Positions 19,949 to 30,352 are shown, numbered from the stretch's first letter. The stretch: DNA of 64,000 nt from an uncultured Fluviicola sp. (GCA_964387525.1 CAYLWS010000003.1:18844-82843); one strand, 5' to 3'. Notes: generated by a model from the sequence alone, not told the origin. Translations and numbers: made by a program.

Positions 19949-19986
19949 TCAGTAGGGTCAACTTGCGAGTTGATCCTACTGATTTT
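19949..19986. terminator. bidirectional terminator hairpin between convergent genes
   Basis: 14-bp stem TCAGTAGGGTCAAC/GTTGATCCTACTGA (one G-U), 6-nt loop, TTTT on the + side. Lies between the GDCCVxC stop and the ileS stop. Confidence 0.6.
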
Positions 19987-22900
19987 ATGCTTTTTCTAAA
20001 GTAATTTTAGTGTCTTCACTTTCGACCAAATCTGTGACTAAAGCAGCATTGTCAAGTATTGTGAAAACAACGTCATTGGCCAAAACTTCGTTGCAAATAT
20101 ACGATGAGTTGGTTTCAATTGCTTTTCTAATCTCTTCATTGGTTTCAACTTTTAAAAGAATACGATCTGTAACCTCTAGCCCAGAGTCTTTTCTTAAATT
20201 CTGTACTCTATTCACCAATTCTCTTGCAATTCCTTCTGCTTTTAAGTCAGCTGAAAGCGTTACATCTAAAGCAACCGTTAAATTTCCTTCTGAACTCACC
20301 AACCAACCAGGAATGTCTTGGGCAACGATTGTAAAATCTGTTGCATCAAGAGAAATTGATTCTCCATTAATTTCACCTGTCCAACCTTTGTTTATTTCAA
20401 TTGCTGCAATATCATCTGAAGACAATTGAGCGACCATTCCAGCAATTGCTTTCATGTGTTTTCCGTATTTTGGACCAATTGTTTTGAAGTTTGGTTTTAT
20501 ACTTTTAACTAAAACGCTGTTGTCTTCATCCAATAACTCCAATTCTTTTACATTTACTTCAGAAAGAATTAAATCTTTAACATGGGTTATGTTGTCCGCA
20601 AATTCTTGATTCAAAACAGGAACCATTATTTTTTGCAATGGCTGACGAACTCTTAACCGTTCTTTTTTTCTTAAACCTAAAACCAATGAACAAGTTCGCT
20701 GAGCGATTTCCATTTGTGCTTCTAGTTTCACGTCGATAAATGATTCATTAACAACAGGGAATTCAGCTAAATGAATAGATTCTAATGTGCTTTTTCCACT
20801 TACTTTGTTCAGGTCTAAGAACAACTGATCCATAAAAAATGGTGCAATTGGTGAACTTAACAAAGCAACGGTTTCCAAACAAGTATACAATGTCTGATAA
20901 GCAGATAATTTATCTAATCTTCCAGCTTCATCCGTTGATTCTTTCCAATAACGTCTTCTACATAAACGTACAAACCAATTGGACAATTGATCTCCAACAA
21001 ATTCTTGAATTAATCGGCCTGCTTTTGTTGGTTCGTAAGAGTTAAAAGCATCATCTACATTTTTGATCAAAGAATTTAACTTCGATAAAACCCAACGGTC
21101 AATTTCTGGACGTTTTTCTATGTTTAAATCATCTTCAGAATAATCAAATCCATCGATGTTTGCATACAAAGCAAAGAATGAATAGGTGTTGTAAAGTGTT
21201 CCGAAGAATTTACGTTGCACCTCTTTAATTCCATCCGTGTCAAATTTTAAATTATCCCAAGGTTGCGCATTGGTAATCATATACCAACGTGTTGGATCAG
21301 CACCGTATTGTTCTAACGTGTCAAATGGATCAACAGTATTGCCTAATCTTTTAGACATTTTAACACCGTTTTTATCCAAAACAAGTCCATTTGAAATTAC
21401 ATTTTTATAAGCAACAGAATCAAAAACCATCGTTGAAATAGCATGTAAAGTATAGAACCATCCTCTGGTTTGATCTACTCCCTCAGCGATAAAGTCTGCT
21501 GGGTAAGCTTTTTTATTATCGATTAAATCTTTGTTTTCAAATGGATAATGCCATTGTGCATAGGGCATAGACCCTGAATCAAACCAAACATCAATAAGGT
21601 CAGATTCACGTTTCATTACTTTCCCAGAATTAGAAATCAACGTGATGTCATCCATGTAATTTTTATGCAAATCAATCTTAGCATAATTCTCTTTGGACAT
21701 ATCATTTACTTCAAATGTATCCAAAGGATTTTCATTCATTAAACCAGCTTTTACTGCTTTTTCACATTCTTCTTTCAATTGTCCTACAGAAGAAATAAAA
21801 ATTCTTTCATCTCCATCTTCTGTTGACCAAATTGGAATTGGAATTCCCCAATAACGTGATCGAGAAAGGTTCCAATCGTTCAAGTTTTCTAACCATTTTC
21901 CAAAACGACCTGTTCCAGTCGATGCTGGTTTCCAATTGATTGTTTTGTTTAATTCTGACATTCTTACCTTTCCATCTGTCGCTTTGATGAACCAAGAATC
22001 CAAAGGATAATACAAAATAGGTTTATCTGTTCTCCAGCAATGTGGGTAACTGTGGACGTATTTCTCCACTTTGAATGCTTTATTCTCTATTTTCAGTTTA
22101 ATTGCTAATTCAACATCCGCTGATTTATCAGGAGCAGTTCCGTCGTCGTAATATTCATTTTTGACATATTTTCCTGCAAATTCTCCCATAGCATCAGAAA
22201 ACTTACCTTGTAGATTAACCAACGGTTTTGGCTCACCTTTATCGTCTAAAACTAACATACCTGGTACACCTGCATCAGCCGCAACTTTAGCATCATCCGC
22301 ACCAAAAGTAGGGGCAATGTGTACTATTCCTGTTCCATCTTCTGTGGTAACAAAATCTCCGATGATTACTTGAAATGCTTTCTCTGCATTTTCGTAAGGT
22401 AGAGCATACGGCAATAATTGTTCGTATTGAATTCCTGCTAAGTCTTTACCAACACATTCTCCTGCAATGAAAAATGGAATTTTTTTCCCGCCTTTTTCAT
22501 AATTAGCTAATTCTTCTTCATTTTCTACACTGAAAAAGTTCTTAGAGAATTGGTAACTCACTAAATTCTTCGCAACAATAACTTGAATTGGTTCAAATGT
22601 ATATTGGTTGAATGATTTTACTAAAACATATTCTATTTTTGGCCCAACACAAAGTGCTGTATTGGAAGGAAGAGTCCATGGGGTTGTCGTCCAAGCGAGG
22701 AAGTGGATGTTCTCCCCATCTCCAAATGGAGTTAATTGACCTGCTTTTATTTTGAACTGAGCAACAACTGTTGTGTCGGTAACGTCTTTATAACAACCTG
22801 GTTGATTGATTTCGTGCGAAGATAATCCTGTTCCTGCTTTTGGAGAGTACGGTTGAATTGTATATCCTTTGTAGATTAAATTCTTTTCGTACAATTGGCC

Positions 22901-23395
22901 CAATAACCACCAAACAGATTCCATGTATTTTGAATCGTAGGTAACGTATGGATCTTCCATGTCTACCCAGTAACCCATTTTATTGGTCAAATCTGCCCAA
23001 ACATCCGTGTAACGCATTACAGCTTCACGGCAGGCTTTGTTGTAAGCATCGACAGAGATTTTAGTTCCAATGTCTTCTTTGGTTATGCCCAATTCCTTTT
23101 CAACGCCTAATTCAACAGGAAGTCCGTGTGTATCCCAACCAGCTTTACGTTTTACTTGAAAACCTTTCAGCGTTTTGTAACGGCAAAAAATATCTTTAAT
23201 TGAACGTCCCATTACGTGGTGAATACCAGGTAAACCATTTGCAGATGGAGGCCCTTCGAAAAATATAAAAGGCTCTTTTCCTTCACGAGTTTCAATGGTT
23301 TTTTGGAAAATGTTTTCTTTCTCCCATTTCTCCATTATTCTTGAAGTTACTTCTGGTAAATTTAACCCCTTGTACGTTGTATATTTTTGACTCAT
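19985..23395 (-). CDS. ileS: isoleucine--tRNA ligase (long, type 2 form)
   Basis: 1136 aa, class I motifs PSANGLPGIHHVMGR (HIGH) and KMSKRLGN (KMSKS). Confidence 0.97.
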   Translation of the reverse strand: MSQKYTTYKGLNLPEVTSRIMEKWEKENIFQKTIETREGKEPFIFFEGPPSANGLPGIHHVMGRSIKDIFCRYKTLKGFQVKRKAGWDTHGLPVELGVEKELGITKEDIGTKISVDAYNKACREAVMRYTDVWADLTNKMGYWVDMEDPYVTYDSKYMESVWWLLGQLYEKNLIYKGYTIQPYSPKAGTGLSSHEINQPGCYKDVTDTTVVAQFKIKAGQLTPFGDGENIHFLAWTTTPWTLPSNTALCVGPKIEYVLVKSFNQYTFEPIQVIVAKNLVSYQFSKNFFSVENEEELANYEKGGKKIPFFIAGECVGKDLAGIQYEQLLPYALPYENAEKAFQVIIGDFVTTEDGTGIVHIAPTFGADDAKVAADAGVPGMLVLDDKGEPKPLVNLQGKFSDAMGEFAGKYVKNEYYDDGTAPDKSADVELAIKLKIENKAFKVEKYVHSYPHCWRTDKPILYYPLDSWFIKATDGKVRMSELNKTINWKPASTGTGRFGKWLENLNDWNLSRSRYWGIPIPIWSTEDGDERIFISSVGQLKEECEKAVKAGLMNENPLDTFEVNDMSKENYAKIDLHKNYMDDITLISNSGKVMKRESDLIDVWFDSGSMPYAQWHYPFENKDLIDNKKAYPADFIAEGVDQTRGWFYTLHAISTMVFDSVAYKNVISNGLVLDKNGVKMSKRLGNTVDPFDTLEQYGADPTRWYMITNAQPWDNLKFDTDGIKEVQRKFFGTLYNTYSFFALYANIDGFDYSEDDLNIEKRPEIDRWVLSKLNSLIKNVDDAFNSYEPTKAGRLIQEFVGDQLSNWFVRLCRRRYWKESTDEAGRLDKLSAYQTLYTCLETVALLSSPIAPFFMDQLFLDLNKVSGKSTLESIHLAEFPVVNESFIDVKLEAQMEIAQRTCSLVLGLRKKERLRVRQPLQKIMVPVLNQEFADNITHVKDLILSEVNVKELELLDEDNSVLVKSIKPNFKTIGPKYGKHMKAIAGMVAQLSSDDIAAIEINKGWTGEINGESISLDATDFTIVAQDIPGWLVSSEGNLTVALDVTLSADLKAEGIARELVNRVQNLRKDSGLEVTDRILLKVETNEEIRKAIETNSSYICNEVLANDVVFTILDNAALVTDLVESEDTKITLEKA

Positions 23396-23417
23396 GTTTT
23401 ATCGCTGTTTGAATCTG

Positions 23418-23425
23418 CTAAGATA
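23418..23425 (-). promoter_or_regulatory. near-consensus -7 box upstream of ileS (TATCTTAG on the coding strand)
   Basis: One mismatch to TAnnTTTG, about 23 nt upstream of the ileS ATG. Confidence 0.3.
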
Positions 23426-23485
23426 AGTAATTTTGATGGAAAGAGAAACATGAGAACGGTCATTTATTGAATGAGAAAGAGCTTG

Positions 23486-23493
23486 TACTTTTG
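23486..23493 (+). promoter_or_regulatory. candidate -7 promoter box (TACTTTTG)
   Basis: Exact TAnnTTTG 15 nt upstream of the ATG at 23508, with a TTG about 17 nt further upstream. Confidence 0.4.
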
Positions 23494-23507
23494 TGTAAAA
23501 AATAAAG

Positions 23508-24227
23508 ATGAAAGATTATAAAACAATGACGGTTGCAGAGATTGTAACTGATAAAATAGAAGCTGGAGACGTATTTAAAAAATATGACATTGATTTTTGT
23601 TGTGGTGGAGATGTTCAATTGACCGAAGTTTGTCAAGAAAACAACCTAGACATTGATGCAGTTGTTTCTGCTATTGAACAAAGTTCATCGACTGTTTTTT
23701 CTGCCCATGATTATAATGCATGGGATTTAGATTTTCTTGTAGATTTTGTGGTAAATACACACCATAAGTTTGTAGAAAAAGAAAGTCCTATTCTTTTGCA
23801 ATATTCAGAGAAAGTAGCGCAAGTACATGGTGCTTCTCACCCAGAAGTGATTCGAATCAATGAATTAGCGAAAGCTTTAGTGGAGGAATTATTGGGTCAC
23901 ATGCAAAAAGAAGAAATGATTCTCTTTCCAAACATTAAAGCATTAGTAACTGCTTCAAAAAATGGAACGACGTATCAAGTTCCACCGTTTGGAAGTTTAC
24001 AAAACCCAATAAATGTAATGGAATCTGAGCACGATGGTGCTGGAGACGTGATTAAAGAAATTAAGAAATTAACCAATGATTTCACTCCACCAGAAGATGC
24101 GTGTAACACATTTATTGCGCTTTATGCAAAGTTAGAAGCTTATCAGAATGATTTATTCCAACACATTCATATTGAGAATAACATCTTGTTTCCAAAAGCA
24201 GTTGAGTTAGAAAAGGATTTTATTTAG
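23508..24227 (+). CDS. ric: iron-sulfur cluster repair di-iron protein (RIC/ScdA/YtfE family)
   Basis: ScdA_N motif DIDFCCGG, then hemerythrin-like HH..FVEKE, HMQKEE, ESEHD, HIHIEN metal ligand motifs. Confidence 0.87.
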   Translation: MKDYKTMTVAEIVTDKIEAGDVFKKYDIDFCCGGDVQLTEVCQENNLDIDAVVSAIEQSSSTVFSAHDYNAWDLDFLVDFVVNTHHKFVEKESPILLQYSEKVAQVHGASHPEVIRINELAKALVEELLGHMQKEEMILFPNIKALVTASKNGTTYQVPPFGSLQNPINVMESEHDGAGDVIKEIKKLTNDFTPPEDACNTFIALYAKLEAYQNDLFQHIHIENNILFPKAVELEKDFI

Positions 24228-24246
24228 AATAAATACGAGTATAGAT

Positions 24247-24280
24247 AAAGGGAGGGGATTTTAAATTCTCTCCCTTTTTA
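24247..24280 (+). terminator. rho-independent terminator
   Basis: AAAGGGAG / CTCCCTTT stem followed by a T-run, between ric and the leuS 3' end. Confidence 0.5.
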
Positions 24281-24285
24281 TTTGA

Positions 24286-27120
24286 TTATAGTACTACATT
24301 CACAATTCTTCCTGGAACAACAATCACTTTTTTCGGTGCTTTTCCATCCAACCATTTCAGTGCAATTTCATGCGCTAAAACTGCTGCTTCTACGTCTTTT
24401 GGATTCATTTCTGTTGGCAATTCGATCTTAAATCGCATTTTACCGTTGATGGAAACAGGATAAGTTATGTTTGCTTCTACCAAATGACTTTCATCGAAAA
24501 TTGGAAAAGAGGCATAACTCAATGTGCCTGATTCGTGACCTAATTTCACCCATAATTCTTCAGAAATATGAGGTGCATAAGGCGAAAGCATAATCACTAA
24601 TTCTTCTAAAATTGCTTTGTTGTTGCATTTTTGATCGTTGAGTTCGTTCACACAAATCATAAAGGCAGAAACACCAGTATTGAATGAATAGCGTTCTAAA
24701 TCATCTGTAATTTTCTTAATCGTTTTGTGCAAAGTCTTCAACGCATCTTTTGAAGGCGCTTTTTCATCCAAAGCTACATTTCCTTGTTCATTGTGGAATA
24801 AACGCCACATTTTACGCAAGAAATTATGCACACCATTGATTCCTTTGGTGTCCCAAGGCTTACTTTGCTCCAATGGACCTAAGAACATTTCATACATACG
24901 TAAAGTATCTGCTCCAAATTGTTCCACCAACTCATCTGGCGTTTGAACATTGAACTTGGATTTTGACATTTTCTCTACTTCGTGACCACAAATGTAAGTT
25001 CCGTTTTCTTCTAAAATGAATTCAGCGTCTTTGTATTCTTCTCTCCAATTTTTAAATGCTTCTACATCGAGAACATCATTGTCAACCATAGAGATGTCTG
25101 CATGAATAGGAAGTGTTTCATACTCTCCTTTTTGTGTCGATGTAATAAATTTATTCGTGTCTTTAATTCGATACACAAAACTACTTCTCCCCAAAATCAT
25201 TCCTTGGTTGATCATTTTTTGGAAGGGCTCGTCAAAAGGAATGAATCCCATATCGTTTAGAAATTTCGTCCAAAATCGAGCATACAATAAATGTCCCGTA
25301 GCATGTTCCGAACCACCGATGTATAAATCAACGTTCTTCCAATAATCGACTTTTTCTTTGCTTACAAATTCATTCTCATTCTTTGGATCCATGTAGCGCA
25401 AGAAATACCAAGAACTTCCTGCCCAACCTGGCATAGTATTGAATTCCATTCTATCGCCTTCAAAATGATTCCAAGCTTCTTTTTTGGCTCTTGCCAATGG
25501 CGGCTCACCATCTTCTGTCGGCAAATATTTATCTACTTCAGGTAAAGTAATTGGCAAACTAGCATCATCTACTAAATAAGGTGTCTCTCCTTTGTAATAT
25601 ACAGGAAAAGGTTCTCCCCAATATCTTTGTCGCGAGAAAACAGCATCTCTCAAACGGTAATTCGTTTCTCCTTTTCCAATACCTCTTTGTTGAATTTCAT
25701 ATATCGCCAATTTCATGGCTTTTTTGACTTTTAAATCATTCAAGAAGTCAGAATTTGCAATTACGCCTTCTTTTTCTGTGTATGCTTTTTCAGAAATATC
25801 AACATCTTTAAAAATGTTTTTGATTTCGATGTCAAAATGTTTTGCAAAATCCCAATCGCGTTGATCACCACAAGGAACGGCCATTACAGCACCTGTTCCG
25901 TAAGAAGCAAGTACATAATCACCAATCCAAACAGGAATTTTTTCTCCAGAGAATGGATGAACAGCATATGCACCGGTAAATTGACCGGTAATATTTTTCA
26001 CATCAGCTTGCCTGTCTCTTTCCGATTTAAGCGATGCCTCTTTTTTATAATTTGCTACTCCTTCTTTGTATTCTGAAGTTGTGATTTCATCAACAAATGG
26101 ATGTTCTGGTGCTAAAACCATGAATGAAACACCAAAAATTGTATCCGGACGTGTGGTGAAGACTTCGATTGAGAGTCCTGCACCTAATTCCGAAGAAGAT
26201 AATTCGTTCTCTCCCTCCTTCAAAAGCAGTGCTTTTTCTTCTCTCCAAAGAGGGAAGTTTACAGATGCACCAACCGATTTTCCAATCCAATTACGCTGTT
26301 GGTCTTTGATAGAATCAGTCCAATCAATCGTATCTAAACCAGTCAATAAACGTTCAGCATACGCTTTAATTCTCATCGACCATTGGCGCATTAATTTTTG
26401 TTGTACAGGATGTCCACCTCGTTCAGAAACACCGTTTACAATTTCGTCGTTGGCTAAAACAGTTCCTAAAGCAGGACACCAATTTACCCAAGAATCAGCT
26501 AAATAAGCCAAGCGGTATTCTTGCAATACTTTTTCTTTTTCAACTTCAGAATAAGCATTCCATTCTTCAGCAGAGAAAATATCTTCTTTATCGGAACATG
26601 CATTTACATCAGCATTTCCATTCTTTTCAAAACCAGCGATTAATTTCTCAATCGATTCTGCTTTGTTAGAATTGTTATCGTAATAAGCATTGAATAGTTG
26701 TTTGAAAATCCACTGCGTCCATTTGTAATATTCTGGGGAAGAAGTTCTAATTTCACGGTCCCAGTCGAAAGAAAAACCAATTTTATCCATTTGGTCTCTG
26801 TATCGATTTATATTTTCTTTGGTTGTTACGGTTGGGTGTTGTCCGGTTTGAATGGCATATTGCTCAGCAGGCAATCCGAAAGAATCGTATCCCATTGGGT
26901 GCAAAACATTAAAACCTTTCAAACGTTTGTAACGTGCATAAATATCAGAGGCAATATAACCAAGAGGGTGACCAACGTGTAATCCTGCACCAGATGGATA
27001 AGGAAACATGTCTAAGACATAAAACTTAGGTTTTTTAGAATAATCTTCTGCCGCAAAAGTTTTATTTTCTGCCCAAAATTTTCTCCAATTTGATTCTATT
27101 TCTCTAAAATTATATTCCAT
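24286..27120 (-). CDS. leuS: leucine--tRNA ligase
   Basis: 944 aa, PYPSGAGLHVGH (HIGH) and KMSKSKFN (KMSKS). Confidence 0.97.
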   Translation of the reverse strand: MEYNFREIESNWRKFWAENKTFAAEDYSKKPKFYVLDMFPYPSGAGLHVGHPLGYIASDIYARYKRLKGFNVLHPMGYDSFGLPAEQYAIQTGQHPTVTTKENINRYRDQMDKIGFSFDWDREIRTSSPEYYKWTQWIFKQLFNAYYDNNSNKAESIEKLIAGFEKNGNADVNACSDKEDIFSAEEWNAYSEVEKEKVLQEYRLAYLADSWVNWCPALGTVLANDEIVNGVSERGGHPVQQKLMRQWSMRIKAYAERLLTGLDTIDWTDSIKDQQRNWIGKSVGASVNFPLWREEKALLLKEGENELSSSELGAGLSIEVFTTRPDTIFGVSFMVLAPEHPFVDEITTSEYKEGVANYKKEASLKSERDRQADVKNITGQFTGAYAVHPFSGEKIPVWIGDYVLASYGTGAVMAVPCGDQRDWDFAKHFDIEIKNIFKDVDISEKAYTEKEGVIANSDFLNDLKVKKAMKLAIYEIQQRGIGKGETNYRLRDAVFSRQRYWGEPFPVYYKGETPYLVDDASLPITLPEVDKYLPTEDGEPPLARAKKEAWNHFEGDRMEFNTMPGWAGSSWYFLRYMDPKNENEFVSKEKVDYWKNVDLYIGGSEHATGHLLYARFWTKFLNDMGFIPFDEPFQKMINQGMILGRSSFVYRIKDTNKFITSTQKGEYETLPIHADISMVDNDVLDVEAFKNWREEYKDAEFILEENGTYICGHEVEKMSKSKFNVQTPDELVEQFGADTLRMYEMFLGPLEQSKPWDTKGINGVHNFLRKMWRLFHNEQGNVALDEKAPSKDALKTLHKTIKKITDDLERYSFNTGVSAFMICVNELNDQKCNNKAILEELVIMLSPYAPHISEELWVKLGHESGTLSYASFPIFDESHLVEANITYPVSINGKMRFKIELPTEMNPKDVEAAVLAHEIALKWLDGKAPKKVIVVPGRIVNVVL

Positions 27121-27140
27121 TTATTTGACTTTATGAAGGG

Positions 27141-27148
27141 CAAAGATA
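27141..27148 (-). promoter_or_regulatory. candidate -7 box for leuS (TATCTTTG on the coding strand)
   Basis: Exact TAnnTTTG 21 nt upstream of the leuS ATG. The same octamer recurs before aspS and cysS. Confidence 0.45.
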
Positions 27149-27281
27149 CATTTTCTAAGTGTATTTTTCGAAATGTTTTAGAGAAGAAATCTAGAATTAC
27201 GGGGAAAGAAATATCAGATGAAAATGAAAATATTGATTTTTCATTCTGTTTTACAATTTGATTTCGTTATTTTTACTCAAA

Positions 27282-29507
27282 ATGAATAAAAAAAGGACTA
27301 ATTTTCGACTTGTTCTCTTATTTATCTCTTGTTTTTTTGGGATGAATAGTTGGGCGCAGCATACGAAAGAAATCCATTTTATTCAGGCCATTGAAAAGGA
27401 GAACAACCCAAGAAAACGCTTTTACCGCATCATGGCTTTGGGCGAGTTTTACAAAGAGAATAATATTGAAAGAGCCGATTCTATTCGAGAAGTTATACTA
27501 AACGAAAGCCGAGTTTTTGATGATACAACCCGATTCAGCGCATTGTTTTTTAATGCTGAAATTGCTTTTGTCATAGGAGATTTAGACGAGTATTTTAAAA
27601 CAATTTTGGCTTGTCAACCTTTTTTAAACAAGTTGGAATCGGAAGATGTTCGGTTTAAAATATACAGACATTTAGGGTACTACCATACGAGTATGCAAGA
27701 GTTTGAAACGGCTGAATTTTACTTTAGAAACTGTATAAAAATAGCAAAACGAGAAAGGAAAAAAACAGATCAAAGCGAGGCTTATTCATATTTTGCATTA
27801 AATTTTATGCATGCCAATGTGAAAGATTCAGCACTGTTTTATGTTGGTAAATCCATTCAAATTGCCCGAAAATCGAAAGACAAAGTTACGTTAGCAAGTG
27901 CATTTAACACACAAGCAAGAATCTATGATTTTTTTGGTCAAATTGAATTAGGTGTTGCTAAAAATCTAATCTCATTACAACTGGTTGAAGAAGTGCATAA
28001 TGTACCCTTATTGGCTCAATATACTAGAGAATTAGGTATTGATCAACAGCTAATATTGAACTTAAATGATGCAGAATATTATTACAATCAATCGTTAAAA
28101 TATGCGCGGACAATTCACGATCAACGCCAAATAGCATTGGCGCAAACTCGATTGGCTTCCGTACAGTTAGAACGGCAAGATTATGAAGCAGCTATTGAAA
28201 ACGCGAATAGTGCAATTCAATATTTAACGGAATTAAATGATAATAATGGTTTAGGGCAAACGTATAACATTCTTGGTGAAATTTTTAAAGCTCAAAAAAA
28301 ATACACAGAAGCCTCCAGTAATTTTAATCAAGCATTGGTTTATTATGAATCTACGAGTAATAAAGAAGAAATAGCTGGAGTTTATCACAATGTTGGAACT
28401 ATATTTAAGGAACAAAAGAAATATAAAAAATCTTTGGAATATTTAAATAGATCCATCGAAATTAGAAAACAATTTGGCGCCAAAAATCAGATATATTATA
28501 CGTATCGTGTAATTTCTGATGTTTACAAAGATATTAACGATAAGGATAAATCTTTGGAATATTTGGAGTTGTACTTGAATTATGTAGATAGTAATACGAT
28601 TCTTCAATCTGCAACCAAAATTGCTGAACTGAGTGAATCGTACCGATCAGAACAACGTGATAGACTGATAAAATCTCAAGCTGATTCTTTGGAAAAGCAA
28701 CAGCAAGAAAAATTAATTACGTCAACAAAACTTGAAAACAGTCAGTTAAGAAATAATTTTCAAATGTATATAATTGTTGCATTTTTAATCATTGTTGCTC
28801 TTGCAGGTATTATTCTATTTTACCGTTGGAACCAAACTAAGATTAAACAACAACAAAAAGAAGCTGAAATGTCTCAAACCCTCCTTCGAACTCAAATGAA
28901 TCCCCATTTTGTTTTTAATGCAATGTCTGTTATTCAAAGTTATATTTTCGAAAATGACACGGTGAATTCTTCCAAATTCTTGGTTAATTTTTCACGATTA
29001 ATGCGATTGATACTTGAGAATTCTCCCAAAAAGGCGATTCACATTGAAACTGAAATGGAAATTTTAGAAAAGTACTTGGGGATGCAAAAATTACGTTTTG
29101 AAGATCGTTTTGAGTTTGAAATAACATCTGATGAACAGTTGTATCTTGAACACGCTGTTATTCCACCGATGATTACTCAGCCTTTTATTGAAAACGCAAT
29201 TGAGCATGGGCAACTACATACGGTGGAAGGAGGTTTTATCCATGTGACATTCAAAAAGGAAAAAGGAATGTTAAGAATCTCTATAATAGACAACGGAATT
29301 GGTAGAAAGAAGTCTAGTATGAACAAGAAGAGCTCTGCTCATAAAAGTATGGCTATGGACATTACAAGTCAAAGAATTAACAACCTGAATAAGAAATACA
29401 ACAGTGACGGTGAATTACTCGTAGAAGATTACGATAAAGAGAATAAGACTGGAACTAAAGTGTTAATTTCGTTACCTTATCGAGTTGACAACAACCCAAC
29501 AATCTAA
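27282..29507 (+). CDS. TPR-repeat sensor histidine kinase (LytS/YesM-type His_kinase domain)
   Basis: Start set at ATG 27282 (MNKKRTNF...). Long TPR-like periplasmic or cytoplasmic repeat region, one TM (YIIVAFLIIVALAGIILFY), then NPHFVFNAMSVIQ and a GHKL-type ATPase region. Confidence 0.8.
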   Translation: MNKKRTNFRLVLLFISCFFGMNSWAQHTKEIHFIQAIEKENNPRKRFYRIMALGEFYKENNIERADSIREVILNESRVFDDTTRFSALFFNAEIAFVIGDLDEYFKTILACQPFLNKLESEDVRFKIYRHLGYYHTSMQEFETAEFYFRNCIKIAKRERKKTDQSEAYSYFALNFMHANVKDSALFYVGKSIQIARKSKDKVTLASAFNTQARIYDFFGQIELGVAKNLISLQLVEEVHNVPLLAQYTRELGIDQQLILNLNDAEYYYNQSLKYARTIHDQRQIALAQTRLASVQLERQDYEAAIENANSAIQYLTELNDNNGLGQTYNILGEIFKAQKKYTEASSNFNQALVYYESTSNKEEIAGVYHNVGTIFKEQKKYKKSLEYLNRSIEIRKQFGAKNQIYYTYRVISDVYKDINDKDKSLEYLELYLNYVDSNTILQSATKIAELSESYRSEQRDRLIKSQADSLEKQQQEKLITSTKLENSQLRNNFQMYIIVAFLIIVALAGIILFYRWNQTKIKQQQKEAEMSQTLLRTQMNPHFVFNAMSVIQSYIFENDTVNSSKFLVNFSRLMRLILENSPKKAIHIETEMEILEKYLGMQKLRFEDRFEFEITSDEQLYLEHAVIPPMITQPFIENAIEHGQLHTVEGGFIHVTFKKEKGMLRISIIDNGIGRKKSSMNKKSSAHKSMAMDITSQRINNLNKKYNSDGELLVEDYDKENKTGTKVLISLPYRVDNNPTI

Positions 29508-29515
29508 AACCCATA

Positions 29516-30262
29516 ATGATGAAAAAAGTATTGATAATTGATGATGAGAACAGAACAAGAGAATTAATCGCAAAAATGATTGATTCTTTTGGGTTAGATG
29601 TTTTGACAATTCCAGAAGGAGAGAATGTTCAATCGGGTATTGCAGCGATTGAAAAGCATCAACCAGATATTGTTTTTTTAGACATTCAAATGCCTGATGG
29701 AACTGGTTTTGATGTTTTAGCATCAATTCCAGAAAAAACGTTTGAAGTGATTTTTATTACTGCTCATGAAGAATATGCTATTAAAGCAATAAAATTCAGT
29801 GCTTTAGATTATTTATTGAAACCTGTAGATTTATCTGAATTAAAAGCTTCACTTGAGAAAGCCATCAATACTGTGGACGATAAAAGTGAACATGAACAGT
29901 TTGATGTTCTCCAAAACAACATGAAACCAAATGAAAAGAAACGTTTGGTACTGAAAACACAAGAAAGTGTTCATGTGGTTGAGTTAGATCAGATTATTCG
30001 CTGTGAATCGGACCGTAATTACACTTCTTTCTACCTGTTGGACAACAAAAGGATTCTTGTTTCAAAAACATTGAAAGAATATGAAATGCTTTTATCAGGA
30101 CATAACTTCTTACGCGTTCAGCAATCTCACCTTGTAAATTTGAACTACATTGATCGATATGATAAGAAGAATGGTGGAGCTGTCGTTATGAAAGATGGCT
30201 CTGAAGTTCCATTATCTCCTGCTAAAAGAGAAGTTTTCTTTCAAAGATTAGAGAGTTTATAA
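29516..30262 (+). CDS. LytTR-family two-component response regulator
   Basis: Receiver domain (VLIIDDE...DIVFLDIQMPDGTGF...LDYLLKP) plus C-terminal LytTR DNA-binding domain (...IIRCESDRNYTSFYL...). Confidence 0.9.
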   Translation: MMKKVLIIDDENRTRELIAKMIDSFGLDVLTIPEGENVQSGIAAIEKHQPDIVFLDIQMPDGTGFDVLASIPEKTFEVIFITAHEEYAIKAIKFSALDYLLKPVDLSELKASLEKAINTVDDKSEHEQFDVLQNNMKPNEKKRLVLKTQESVHVVELDQIIRCESDRNYTSFYLLDNKRILVSKTLKEYEMLLSGHNFLRVQQSHLVNLNYIDRYDKKNGGAVVMKDGSEVPLSPAKREVFFQRLESL

Positions 30263-30282
30263 TTCATTATTCAGTGAAAATA

Positions 30283-30317
30283 CTTGAATGTTCATTCAGA
30301 ACGCTTGAATGTTCATT
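30283..30317 (+). promoter_or_regulatory. candidate LytTR operator: perfect 14-nt direct repeat CTTGAATGTTCATT x2, 21-nt periodicity
   Basis: Copies at 30283..30296 and 30304..30317, 20 nt downstream of the LytTR regulator stop. Core AATGTTCAT resembles the LytTR 9-mer with a GTT core. Confidence 0.45.
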
Positions 30318-30344
30318 TAAGGATTTTAAACCGAATATTTGCCC

Positions 30345-30352
30345 TACATTTG
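30345..30352 (+). promoter_or_regulatory. candidate -7 box (TACATTTG) downstream of the direct repeats
   Basis: Exact TAnnTTTG starting 28 nt after the second repeat. No annotated gene follows on this strand. Confidence 0.3.

Noticed and set aside
19716-19961. 81-aa minus-strand ORF fully overlapping the GDCCVxC gene.
   Set aside because: The plus-strand frame carries a highly non-random 12-Cys motif pattern, including GDCCVFC. The minus frame has no recognisable features and would run into the terminator hairpin.
20010-20429. 139-aa ORF antisense to ileS. Similar antisense ORFs occur in ileS (20839..21045, 22161..22373) and in leuS (24725..24946, 25157..25345, 25837..26506, 26698..26982).
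   Set aside because: All lie wholly inside strongly supported aaRS genes on the opposite strand. They have Ser/Thr/low-complexity compositions typical of shadow frames and show no motifs.
27258-27281. Upstream non-ATG or extended starts offered by the ORF track: 27258 for the kinase, 31321 for HAD, 31397 for the cyclase, 37682 for cysD, 38520 for cysN, 44222 and 45036 for island genes, 14079 for the lipoprotein.
   Set aside because: Internal ATGs give canonical N-termini (signal peptides, lipoboxes, conserved family N-termini) and remove implausible overlaps with upstream genes.
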